Source: Mobula hypostoma (Eukaryota). Taken from it: DNA of 64,000 nucleotides. Below, piece by piece: positions 49,520-61,600 of the stretch. The position numbers were made by a program, and so were the translations under genes. The stretch lies in NCBI RefSeq assembly GCF_963921235.1, contig NC_086097.1:148926001-148990000 (forward strand). The letters are read 5' to 3'. Position 1 is the stretch's first letter, and every line of letters starts with the position of its first letter. The notes beneath the pieces are model-generated. The model did not search any database. It was not told where the DNA came from and saw only the letters and a list, made by a program, of their open reading frames with translations.

Positions 49520-49925
49520 AGCAACACACACAAAATGCTGCAGGAACTCAGCAGGCCAGGCAGCACCTATGGAAAAGAATAAACAGTTGACATTTTGGGC
49601 CGAGACCCATCATCAGGATTGGAAAAAAGAGATGAGAAGTTAGAACAAGAAGATGGGGGAGGGGAGGAAGAAATACAAGATGGTAGGTGATAGGCGAGAT
49701 CAGGAGAGAGGGAGGAGTGAAGTAAAGAGCTACAACGTTGATAGGTAAAAATGATAAAGGGCTGCAAAAGGGTAGAAGACCATGGAAGAAAGGGAAGAGA
49801 GAGGAGCACTAGAGGGAGTGATGGGCAGGTAAGGAGATAAGGTGAGAAAGGGAAACAGGAATGGGGGAATGGGGAGGGGGTGGGGGTAGCTAGTGGAAGG
49901 TTGAACATCAATTTCTCAAACTTCC
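49520..49925 (-). mobile_element. Penelope pseudo-LTR fragment
   Basis: acacacacaaaatgctg...gacccatcatcagga followed by a purine tract. Confidence 0.75.
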
Positions 49926-52900
49926 TGTAATTGCCCCCCTTCACTAAGTAAGTTTCTAGTAAGTTTTTATTTTCTGTTAACACATAGCTAGTGTGCTGAT
50001 AATGGGTTCAGAGGCCCGTTCTTTGTGTAATATGTGGGATCTCTGGGACACCTCCAATCTCCCTGATAACTGCATCTGCATGAAGTACACTGAGCTGCAG
50101 CTCCTAAGAGACTGTGTTAAGGGACTGGAGCTGCAGCTGGATGATCTTAGGCTCATACAGGAAGATGAGGAGGTGATAGATAGGAGTTACAAGGGAGATA
50201 GTCATCCCTTAGTAGCAGGTACCCGGGTGACTGTCAGGAAAGAGAATAGGCAGCTAGTTCAGAATATCCCCATGGTCATTTCCTTCAATATTAAGTATAC
50301 TGTCTTGGATACTCTTCGGCACTTTGGGGGGGTGGGTGGTTGGGAATGACCTACCAGGGGGAAACTGCAGTGACCAGGTCTGAGTCTGGCTCTGTGGCTC
50401 AGAAGGGAAGGGGGAGAAGGGTTCGGTAGTGATAGGGGATTCCATATTTAAAGGAGTAGAAAGCAGATTCCGTGGACGTGAAAGAGACACCCGGACGGTA
50501 TGTAGCCTCCCAGGTATGTCTCAGATCGGGTCCACGGCATTCTAAAGGGGGTGGGTGAAGAGCCAGAAGTTGTGACACATATTGGTACCAATGACATAAG
50601 CAAATAAAGGGAGGAGGCCCTTAAGAGAGAATATAGGGAGTTAGGCTGAAAGCTGAAAAGCAGGACCTCCAGGCTAGTAATCTCCAGATTGCTGTCTGTA
50701 CCTCGCAGCAGTGAGGGTAAGAATAGGATGATTTGGCAGATGAATGCATGGCTGAAGAATTGGTACAGGTGGCAGGATTTCAGATTGGGATCTCATTTGG
50801 GGAAGGTATGACCTGTACAAAAAGGATGGGTTACACCTGAACCCTTGGGGTTATCATTGCTTATCATAGATAGATATCATTGCTGGGAGGATTGCTTGTG
50901 CTCTGGGGGAGGGTTTAAAGTAATTTGACAGGGGGATGGAATTGGAGTGATAGGGTTGAGGTTGGGGCAACTGTTGTACACGTAGATGCAGTATGTAGAG
51001 AGACTGCGAGGACTGTAAGATGAGTTAGAGTGTAATGGGTTCAAAATCAAAAAGTGTGATGATTACAGGACTGAAAATGTTATATTTGAATGGACACAGT
51101 ATACGGAATAAGGTAGATGATCTTGTAGCGCAGTTAGAGACTGGCAGGTGTGATTTTGGGGGTATCTGAGTTGTGGCTGAAAGAAGATCATAATTGGAAG
51201 CTTAACATCCAAGGATGCACAGGTAGGGAGAGGGTGTGGGGTGGATCTGTTGGTTAAAAAATAGTAAAATTAAAATCTTAGAAAGAGGTGACATAGGATC
51301 AGAAACTGTAGAGTCTTTGTAGATAGTTAAGAAACTGTAAAGGTAAAAAGACCCTGATGGGAGTTATATACAGTTCTCCAAACAGTAGCCAGGATGTGGG
51401 CTACAAATTACAAAGGGGGATAGAAAAGGCATGTAAAAAGGGCAATGTTGTAATAATTATGATGGATTTCAATATGCAGGTAGGTTGAGAAAATCAGGTT
51501 GGTGCTGAAATACGAGAGGGAATTTGTAAAATGTCTATGAGATTGCTTTCTACATCAGCTTGTGGTTGAGCCCACTAGGGGGAAAGGCAATTCTGGATTG
51601 GAGTAATGTAATAACCCAGATTTGATTAGGTAGCTTAACTTAAAAGAAATCTTCGGAGGCAATGGTCATAATATGATAGAATTCACCCTTCAGTTTGAGA
51701 AAGAGAGAGAAGAAAGTCAGATGTATCAGTATTACAGTGGAGTAAAGGGAATTACAGAGGCATGAGAAAGGAGCTGGCCTAAGTTGATTGGAGGGGTACA
51801 CTAGCAAGGATCACACCAGAATAACAATGGCTGGAGTTTCTGGGTGCAATTTGGAAGGTGCACAAAAGATACTTCCCAAAGATGAAGACAGATTCTAAAG
51901 GGAAGATGACAAAAATTAGTGAGAATCTAGGGGATTGGGAAGATTTTAAAAACCAACAGAAGACAACTAAAAATGCCATAAGGAGAGAAAGGATGAAATA
52001 TGAAGGTAAACTAGCCAATAATATTAAAGATGATACAAAAGGCTTTTTTTCTGATATATAAAGAGTAAAAGAGAAATGAGAATGGATATTGGACAGCTGG
52101 AAAATGATGCTGGAGAGGTAGTAAGGGGGGACAAAAGAAATGGTGGACAAATTTAATGAGTATCTTGCGTCAGTCTTCACTGTGAAAGATACTAGTAGAA
52201 TGCAAAAAATGTGAGAATATCAGGGGGAAGAAGTGATTGTCATTGCTATTACTAAGGAGAAGTTGCTTGGGAGGCTGAAAGATCTCAAGCTAGTTAAGTC
52301 ACCTGGACCACATGGACTACACCCTAGGGTTCAGAAGGAAATAGTTGAAGAGATTGTAGAGGCATTGGTACTGATCTTTCAAGAATCACTACATTCTGAA
52401 ATGGTTCTGGAGGACTGGAAAATTGCAAATATCACTCCACAGCAGAAGAAAGGAAATTATAGACCAGTTAGTCTGACTTCAATGGTTGGAAAGATGTTGG
52501 AGTCCGTTATTAAGGATGAGGCTTCAGCGTACTTGGAAGCACATGATAAAATTGGTCAAAGTCAGCATAGTTTTCTCAAGGGGAAATCTTGCCTGATAAA
52601 TCTGTTGGTATTTTTTGAAGAAATAACAGGCAATAGAGAAAGGAGAGCCAATGGATGTTAATTATTTGGATAATCACAAGGCTTTTGATAAGATACCACA
52701 CACGTGACTGCTTAACAAGATAAGAGCCCATGGTATTTCAGGAAAGATACTAGCATGGATAGAAAATTGGTGACCGGCAGGAGGTAAAGAGTGGGAATAA
52801 AGGAGCCTTTTCTGGTTGACAGCCCGTGGCTAGTGGTATGCTGCAGGGGCTGGTGCTGGGTCCACTTTTTTTTACGTTATATGTCAATGATTTGGATGAA

Positions 52901-53596
52901 GGAATTGATGATTTTATGGCCCGGTTTGCAGACGATATGAAGATAGGTGGAGGGACAGGTGGCGTTGAGGAAGTAGGGTGTCTACAGAAGGACTGAGACA
53001 GATTGGGGGAATGGGAAAAGAAGTGGGAGGTGGAATATAGTGTAGGGAAGTGTACGGTGATGCATTTTGGTAGAAGGAATAAAGGCATGGACTATTTTCT
53101 AAAAGGGTAGAAAATTCAAAAATCAGAGGTGCAAAAGGACTTGGAAGTCCTCATGTAGGATTCCCTAAAGGCTAACTTGCAAGTTGAGTCGGTGGTAAGG
53201 AAGGCAAATGCAATGTTAGCATTGATTTTGAGAGGACTAGAATACAAAAGCAAGGGTGTAATCCTGAGGCACTATAAGGCATTGATCAGACCACACTTGG
53301 AGTATTATGAGCAGATTTGGACCCTTTATCTAGGAAAAGATATGCTGATGTTGGATGTGGCCCAGAGGAGATTCACTAAAATGATCCCAGGAATGAAAGG
53401 ATTAACATATGAAGAGTATTTGATGGCTCTGGGCTTGTACTCATTGTAGTTTAGAAGAATGAGGGGGATCTCATTCAAACCTATCAAATATTGAAAGGCC
53501 TAGATAGAGTGGAAGTGGAGAGGATGTTTCCGATAGTGGGCTGTCTAGGACCAGAGGACACAGACCCAGAATTGAGGAACGTCCATTTAAACAGAA

Positions 53597-55720
53597 ATAG
53601 AACCATAGAACCATAGAAACTACAGCACAGAAACAGGCCCTTTGGCCCTTCTTGGCTATGCCGAACCATTTTCTGCCTAGTCCCACGGACCTGCACACGG
53701 ACCATATCCCTCCATACACCTCCCATCCATGTATCTGTCCAATTTATTCTTAAATGTTAAAAAAGAACCCGCATTTACCACCTCGTCTGGCAGCTCATTC
53801 CATACTCCCACCACTCTCTGTGTGAAGAAGCCCCCCCTAATGTTCCCTTTAAACTTTTCCCCCCTCACCCTTAACCCATGTCCTCTGGTTTTTTTCTCCC
53901 CTTGCCGCTGTGGAAAAAGCCTGCTTGCATTCACTCTATCTATACCCATCATAATTTTATATACCTCTATCAAATCTCCCCTCATTCTTCTACGCTCCAG
54001 GGAATAAAGTCCCAACCTATTCAACCTTTCTCTGTAACTGAGTTTCTCAACTCCCGGCAACATCCTTGTAAACCTTCTCTGCACTCTTTCAACCTTATTT
54101 ATATCCTTCCTGTAATTTGATGACCAAAACTGAACACAATACTCCAGATTTGGCCTCACCAATGCCTTATACAACCTCATCATAACATTCCAGCTCTTAT
54201 ACTCAATACTTTGATTAATAAAGGCCAATGTACCAAAAGCTCTCTTTACGACCCTATCTACCTGTGACGACACTTTTAGGGAATTTTGTATCTGTATTCC
54301 CAGATCCCTCTGTTCTACTGCACTCCTCAGTGCCTTACCATTAACCCTGTATGTTCTACCTTGGTTTGTCCTTCCAACGTGCAATACCACACACTTGTCT
54401 GTATTAAACTCCATCTGCCATTTTTCAGCCCATTTTTCCAGATGGTCCAAGTCCCTCTGCAGGCTCTGAAAACCTTCCTCACTGTCTACTACACCTCCAA
54501 TCTTTGTATCATCAGCAAACTTGCTGATCCAATTTACCACATTATCATCCAGATCATTGATATAGATGACAAATAACAATGGACCCAGCACTGATCCCTG
54601 TGGCACACCACTAGTCACAGGCCTCCACTCAGAGAAGCAATTCTCTACCACCACTCTCTGGCTTCTTCCATCGAGCCAATGTCTAATCCAATTTACCACC
54701 TCTCCATGTATACCTAGCGACTGAATTTTCCTAACTAACCTCCCATGCTGGACCTTGTCAAAGGCCCTACTGAAGTCCATGTAGACAACATCCACTGCCT
54801 TCCCTTCATCCACTTTCCTGGTAACCTCCTCGAAAAACTCCAACAGATTGGTCAAACATGACCTACCATGCACAAAGCCATGTTGACTCTCCCTAATAAG
54901 CCCCTGTCTATCCAAATGCTTGTAGATTCTGTCTCTTAGTACGCCCTCCAATAACTTACCTACTACTGACGTTAAACTCACCGGCCTATAATTTCCCGGA
55001 TTACTTTTCGATTCTTTTTTAAACAACGGAACAACATGAGCCACTCTCCAATCATCTGGCACTTCACCCGTAGACAGCGACATTTTAAATATTTCTGCCA
55101 GGGCCCCCGCAATTTCAACACCAGTCTCCTTCAAGGTCCGAGGGAACACTCTGTCAGGTCCCGGGGATTTATCCACTTTAATTTTCCTCAAGACAGCAAG
55201 CACCTCCTCCTTTTCAATCTGTACAGTTTCCATGGTCTCACTACTTGATTCCCTCAATTCCATAGATTTCATGCCAGCTTCCTTAGTAAATACTGACTCA
55301 AAAAAACCTATTTAAGATCTCCCCCATTTCCTTTGGTTCCGCACAAAGCCAACCACTCTGATCTTCAAGAGGACCAATTTCATCCCTTACAATCCTTTTG
55401 CTCTTAATATACTTGTAAAAGCTCTTTGGATTATCCTTCACTTTGACTGCCAAGGCAACCTCATGTCTTCTTTTAGCCCTCCTGATTTCTTTCTTAACTA
55501 TTTTCTTGCACTTCTTATACTCCTCAAGCACCTGATTTACCCCCTGTTTCCTATACATTTCATACAACTCCCTCTTCTTCTTTATCAGAGTTGCAATATC
55601 CCTTGAGAACCAAGGTTCCTTATTCCTATTCAATTTGCCTTTAATCCTGACAGGAACATACAAACTCTGCACTCTCAAAATTTCCCCCTTGAAGGCTTCC
55701 CACCTACCAATCACATCTTT
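53597..55720 (-). mobile_element. Young 5'-truncated CR1 LINE nested in an older CR1
   Basis: (aaccatag)n tail; ORFs 55298..55714 and 53677..55272. Confidence 0.95.
53677..55272 (-). CDS. CR1 ORF2 reverse transcriptase domain (open 531 aa)
   Basis: KSPGPD, NYRPVSLTS, QHGF, DFSRAFDKV, GVPQGSVLGP, FADD. Confidence 0.9.
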   Translation of the reverse strand: MKSMELRESSSETMETVQIEKEEVLAVLRKIKVDKSPGPDRVFPRTLKETGVEIAGALAEIFKMSLSTGEVPDDWRVAHVVPLFKKESKSNPGNYRPVSLTSVVGKLLEGVLRDRIYKHLDRQGLIRESQHGFVHGRSCLTNLLEFFEEVTRKVDEGKAVDVVYMDFSRAFDKVQHGRLVRKIQSLGIHGEVVNWIRHWLDGRSQRVVVENCFSEWRPVTSGVPQGSVLGPLLFVIYINDLDDNVVNWISKFADDTKIGGVVDSEEGFQSLQRDLDHLEKWAEKWQMEFNTDKCVVLHVGRTNQGRTYRVNGKALRSAVEQRDLGIQIQNSLKVSSQVDRVVKRAFGTLAFINQSIEYKSWNVMMRLYKALVRPNLEYCVQFWSSNYRKDINKVERVQRRFTRMLPGVEKLSYRERLNRLGLYSLERRRMRGDLIEVYKIMMGIDRVNASRLFPQRQGEKKTRGHGLRVRGEKFKGNIRGGFFTQRVVGVWNELPDEVVNAGSFLTFKNKLDRYMDGRCMEGYGPCAGPWD

Positions 55721-56319
55721 GAGGAAAAAAAATCTTTAGCCTGAGGGAGATGAATCAGTGGAATTCATTGCCACAGACAGCTGTGCAGGCCAGTTCATAT
55801 GGTATATTTAAAGCACAGTTTGTCAGATTCTTGATTAATTAGGGCTTCAAAAATTACGGGGAGAATGCAGATAGTGGGGTTGAGAGAGATAATAAATCAG
55901 CCACGATGGGATGGCACAGTAGACTCGATGGGCCAAATGGCCTAATTCTGCTCCCATGTCTTATGGTCTTATGATTTTAATCCATTGTGCGTATCATTTT
56001 GAGATATTTGCTTGTAATAAGGCGGGATATAAATGCATGTGTTATGTAATGATTCCCTCTACTCCCTGCCTCCTGCAGTGTGACTCGCCATTTTCCCACT
56101 AGTTTTCCTACTTAGCATTCGTTTTGGCTTTATATTTTCTCTAATAGCTTCCCAGTCCTCCTTATTTTATTAGTATTTATCCTTTCTCTCTAGATGTCGC
56201 TGTTTTTCGTTCTTTCCAACTTTTTTTCCCCTCCCTCCACCCCTCTCCTGCTTCCTCCCTGATCCTGTAATATTTCAGATTCCTGTCTCTGATCCCTTTC
56301 CGGCTATATGTGTTTAGGC

Positions 56320-56792
56320 TATTTCCTCTGGGTTCGGCTCTGCCTTTCCACCGTGTCGATTTCACGTGGACTTATAACTGACGAAAAAAAAGGTTGGGGG
56401 GGGGTGGTATTTGTTTTTGTGCATCTATAATTTCCAGCAGTACTCAGCCATCTTCCGTGCGTAACCACTGATTTGACAGAAACGGGGGAAAAAAGGTTCA
56501 GACATCCAGGCAAGGATCCAACGCCGCAGCACTGGAACAATTTCACTGGATTTTTTTTGGTGCACGTTTGATTTTATGAATATATATTAGGAGTGTGGGT
56601 GGGGTGGACCCCACTATCTGCTTCCTCACCCTGGTCAACAGGAGCACAGTTTACCGCGGCAATTAAAGGCGAGTGGAAGGGGAGTTCAGAATCCTAAGCA
56701 TAAACCTGTTCCCGTTGTTTTCGATCAAACAGCTCGGGTTTATTTACTTTTCCCAGATTTCTAATAATAATATTTTGGATGATGCTGTGAAG
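56320..56792 (+). promoter_or_regulatory. Putative promoter / 5' UTR of the PLCG1-like gene
   Basis: Repeat-free, locally CpG-richer, CACGTG at 56363, TATA-like ctataatt near 56426; the TSS cannot be placed. Confidence 0.4.
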
Positions 56793-57012
56793 ATGTCAGT
56801 GCCCATAGTCGGTTTTCCAAATGGATTTTTGCTGGAAGATTGGAGGATGGAGGCTGAAGTTAGCAGGATCACCCGGAACTTGGAAATGGGAACTGTCATG
56901 ACCATATATTATCAGAAAAAATCTCAACGACCGGAGCGGAAAACTTTTCAGGTTAAACTGGAAACTAGACAGATCACCTGGTGCAGGACATGCGAAAAAA
57001 CCGAAGGGGAAA
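56793..57012 (+). CDS. PLCG1: Phospholipase C gamma-1-like, first coding exon (N-terminal PH domain)
   Basis: aagATGT start; LEMGTVMTIYYQKKSQRPERKTFQVKLETRQITWCRTCEKTEGE matches the PLCG1 N-terminus; phase-1 donor A|gtaagt. Confidence 0.88.
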
Positions 57013-58077
57013 GTAAGTAAAAACATTTGGATTTTTTTTCTCCAATGAGGTGTTGAGTAACAGATAGACTGTAGGTACTAAGCATCTCAGAGTTGAGATG
57101 GAGGCATCAAAGTCAGAGGAACGGGATGCCTTAGAATGGCCCAGAGTGGGATTCGTTCAAACTTTGCATCACACATGTTCTTCTTGTATTATTGGGAGGG
57201 GGGGGGGAGATGTCACAGGTACCATGGTTGGAAAGCTGACAACATGGCGGTGACGAGGTGGAAGAGAATAGACTTCATAATTTTCCCCTAAATCTGTGTT
57301 TGCATGTGGTAAATAAATGCTATATCCTGTTTTGACATCTTTGCTGAAATTAACATTTCTAGTGTAAAATCCAAATACATAGGTTTATTCTGAATCATTC
57401 AAATTGCAGAGGAATTTAAACCACTAATTGTTCTTACCATACCATTATTTGTAGGAGTTCATTTTGTAAATATCTCTATAAATGATTTTGCTTTTTAGAA
57501 CATGGAGAGTATATTTGTATTTGGAAACATAATTCTAATGTAAAAGATCAAAGTTGGATTTAAGCAATCTTTTTCCTGTTTGTTATTAGGAATGATTCAA
57601 TTTTCTTTTCTCTTCTAAAGATGCCAATTCTGGTTGGTTTCATGAGTAATGATTTCCTCCTTGTTACCTACTAGGGTGGCCATCTTTCTGCTGAGTACAG
57701 CTAATTGATGCCAGCAGTGTATTTAAATAGTCAACATCTGAAAGATTCAGACCTCATGGTATTTACCTTCCAACAGGTCCATGCAGGGGATAGTGCACAA
57801 TAAAAGCATTTACCACCTTTCTTCAGTCTGTATCCCTATGTTCCATTCTACCTTCAGATCCCCTTAAATGCCGTTTTCATTAACCATTCATTCCATGTGA
57901 TCCCCCATAGGTAGTGATGCAGTCCTCCAGCAGATTGAAGGCACAGATCTATAACCTCTTGAAGCCGAAGGTGCCTGCAAAGATGGGGACAACCTTGTGC
58001 TGACTAGTTCTGCATTCTCACCACTCACATGGTTTAAGCTGTTTCTTCTGATTTCCCCCTTCCATTTATGTTATTTC

Positions 58078-58612
58078 AGAATTAGGTTTATTATCACCAG
58101 CATGTGACGTGATATTTGTTAACTTAGCAGTAGCGGTACAATGCAATACATAATCTAACAGAGAGAAAAAAATAAATAAAATAAAACATTAATAAACAAG
58201 TAAATCAGTTATGTATATTGAATAGATTATTTAAAAATGTGCAAAAACAGAAATATTGTATATTAAAAAAAGTGAGGTAGTGTCCAAAGCTTCAAAGTCC
58301 ATTCAGAAACCGGATGGCAGAGGGGAAGAAGCTGTTCCTGAATCGCTGAGTGTGTGCCTTCGGGCTTCTGTATCTCCTACCTGATGGTAACAGTGAGAAA
58401 AGGACATGCCCTGGGTGCTGGAGGTCTTTAATAATGGAAGCTGCCTTTCTGAGACACCGCTCCCTAAAGATGTCTTGGATACTTTGTAGGCTAGTTCCCA
58501 AGATGGAGCTGACTAGATTTACAACCTTCTTTCGGTCCTATGCAGAGCCCCTCCATACCAGACAGTGATGCAGCCTGTCAGAATGCTCTCCACGGTACAG
58601 CTATAGAAGTTT
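58078..58612 (-). mobile_element. Rex1/Babar LINE 3' fragment
   Basis: ORF 58292..58501 RCLRKAASIIKDLQHPGHVLFSLLPSGRRYRS...RFRNSFFPSAIRFLN. Confidence 0.8.
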
Positions 58613-61600
58613 ATTTATACTCCCTGTTCTAGTATTCTGTATTTAAATTTTCACATGCAAACACATATTTAATAGGCACATGAACCCCACAGTGAGGGAA
58701 GTTGGAGTGATGATAGTTCAAACATTCTTTTGTAGCTGTAAAGGATGTCGTAAACATATGATACTGGGTACAATAGAAGTCTCTTGTTCTTCCCATAAAT
58801 GTTTACTTGTTATAGCCTGTCTCATGTTTTCTCTGCAGTAGTTTGTAGCCATACATGATGGTGGATTGAAAGTGGATTCGTAAGTTGTTTCAGAGCACAT
58901 CCAGGAAATGTATTTATGAAGTAGTTGTTTATTATTATTAATGTACTACTATTACAAACATCCAAGTTTAACAACACTTCTTGCCACATTCAAGTGGAAT
59001 CCAGGGCTACATATTTCCACTCTTTAATCAGTCAGCTGTGAACCTCTCAGTAAAAATGCAGCTAAAAAACTAAGTTGCATTTGACAGTGACGTTAGTCAA
59101 GTCATTCAGTGCATCTTTCCTTTTATTCCTTGATGTTAAATCTTTACACCTCTCAATATTTTAGTGGCCGACTCCAATCTTTCATTGTAGCTCTTCCAGA
59201 ATGAATATTAAAGTTTATCTCTTCTTTTTTTCACTGTTTTGCTGCACCTGAAGCTCTGAAAAGTAGTTTATCATGTAGCTTCCTTTCTGTCTCTAGTTCT
59301 TCAGTCCTTTTATAATTTTTCTGTATCTTTCATACATTAAAATCATCCACAGTGTATTGCTTTGGTCATGAGGGCAAATTATTTTGGACTAATATAAGCT
59401 AATGCATTTGTAGAGAGCAAACAGGACAAGGTAGTGATAGGATATTAAGAACTGAGAAGGGACAGGGCAATCATAGTTCCTGAAGGCAACAGTGCAGGTA
59501 GATGAGGTATCCCAGAAAATACACAAAATACTTATTTTTTTTTGTTGAGGCACAGAATAGGAGCAGGTTAGTCAAACTAGTGGAATATTAAACGCTTGCT
59601 AGCCTAGCTTGGTGCAGAACATCATGGAGCAGAAAGGATTTGATTGTAATAGAGAGGATGCAGAGGAGAGACATAGAAGATATTTACAGAAATGTAGAAT
59701 GTAATTTATGAAGAGAGATTGAGTTTGTTTTGTTTGAAACAAAGAAGGGACATTGAACAAAGTGTTTAAGATTATGAGTGGCCTAAATAGAATAAATTAG
59801 AGGGCTTATTCCTCTGCTCAGAGTTTAGTGTCTAACCATCCTGGATTTAAGTAAATTGGCAGAAAGATTAGACAAGTGCTGAGGAAACTATTTCTTTTTA
59901 CTTGGTGCATGGAGGTCTGGACCCCACAGTCAGAAAAAATGTTGAGATTTTTCCATATAATGAAGATGATGAGATATCTGAAATAATAAAGGAAGTTAGA
60001 TCATAAGACATAGGAGCAGAATAAGGCCATTTGGCCTGTTGAGTCTGCTCTGCCATTCAATCATGGCTGATCCTTTTTTCCCCTCCTCAAGTTTTGGGAG
60101 TAATCAGCAGTTCAGATGGTGTCAGCAGAGTGGCAGTAAAGTTAACATTTTAGATTGATGAGCTTTCATCCGAACCTATAAAAATTACCTGGATAAGTTT
60201 AGAATCCCGGAAACTGGATCTGATTGTTTTAAGTTCGAGTAGGTACCGTATTTATTTTTAAATGGCAAGGGCATCGTGGTCTGAATGGCTTCCTTCTGTG
60301 CCACAAATTTCTGTGAAACACATTTTGATTTTTGGTCACTGTGAATTGCTCTGATGTGAAGTAGAAGCACAATGGCATTAATTTCAGAATTACTCCTGGC
60401 CATACGCTCATCCAGTGGGGATAGGTCAGGATAGATGCGTCAAGATGTGTGTTCAGATGGTGGACACAGAAAAATTTTACAATGCTTAAAGCCGCAACGA
60501 ATGGTCTTAAATGAACTGAATTAGCATTAATATCCTAAAATAAACTTTATATTATTAAAGGCTATCAGGAACTATACTAGATGCTACTAATATGTAACAA
60601 AAAGGCAAATTTGTGAAATGAGTAAAGCTTTCAACCTGCTGTCTTTTGAACTGTCTCTCCACCTTTTAGTCTGTGGCTATATTTCGATACTTTCTCTTAC
60701 ACCAAAAATATTTTATTTTTGGAAATATTTCCAAATTTAAGTAATCTGGTTTGCTAAGTATGAAAGAAGTCACACTAGGAGGGTTCAAAAGAACCTGCTA
60801 TAATTGTCTCTTTCTACATCAAAAATATTCTACAATTACTGTAATGCCATCTAACTTTGTGGAGGGAAAAGGGCAGCGCACCTCTCTATGCATCATCACA
60901 TTCATTTTGTCTGTGAATTTTGTACCTGTTTAAAAAGGTAAGTGAGATGTTATCCTATTTTAAATGAGCCACACAATATACGAGCACAGATGTTATCCTC
61001 GAACCCTAGCTAAGATGCATCTTAAGTACTGCCTGCCGATCTAGTCAACATACTATAAGAAAGGTGCAATTGCACTGGAGGACATGCCAGAGGATCATGT
61101 CAAGATTGGAAAGGCTGAGGTTGTTTTCTTTGAAATTGAATAGACTGGGGAGGGATTTAATTGAGGTGTATTCAATTATGAGTGTCTTAGAATACTTGAG
61201 AAAGAACTATTTCCTTTACCAGATGAGTTAAATTAACATCATCAATGGAAGGATTAGTGTGGAGGTAAGCAAGATCCTCTGAAACAAGGGGTGTGAAATG
61301 TTGTGGAACATATTTCCCAAAAAGGGTGGAAGAAACAGGAAAAGAATAAAACAATGCTTAGATATGTACTTGGAAAGCCATAAACTACAGGACTGTGCAG
61401 GTAATATTGGAGGTTGCTGTAAAGCTTGTTATCTCTTTTTCAACTGGCATGAACGTAATTGTCTCTTTCTACATCAAAAATGTTCTACAATTACTGTGAT
61501 ACCATCTAACTTTGAAATATTCTTTTTACCCTACTGAATCACACTATGGGATTACCTTTAGCACAAGGATGGGATTGGTTCAAGAAAGTTGCTTACAACT

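Larger units (their letters stand above)
49990..55975 (+). mobile_element. Near full-length degenerate CR1 LINE (ORF1 and ORF2) hosting a younger CR1
   Basis: ORF1 fragment 49993..50349, KSPGPHG/NYRPVSL in 52233..52661, RPHLEYYEQIW in 53177..53449; 3' end resumes at about 55721. Confidence 0.85.

Noticed and set aside
56673..56792. GTG-initiated N-terminal extension of the PLCG ORF in the ORF track
   Set aside because: Similarity and expected exon length fit the ATG at 56793; the upstream part looks like 5' UTR
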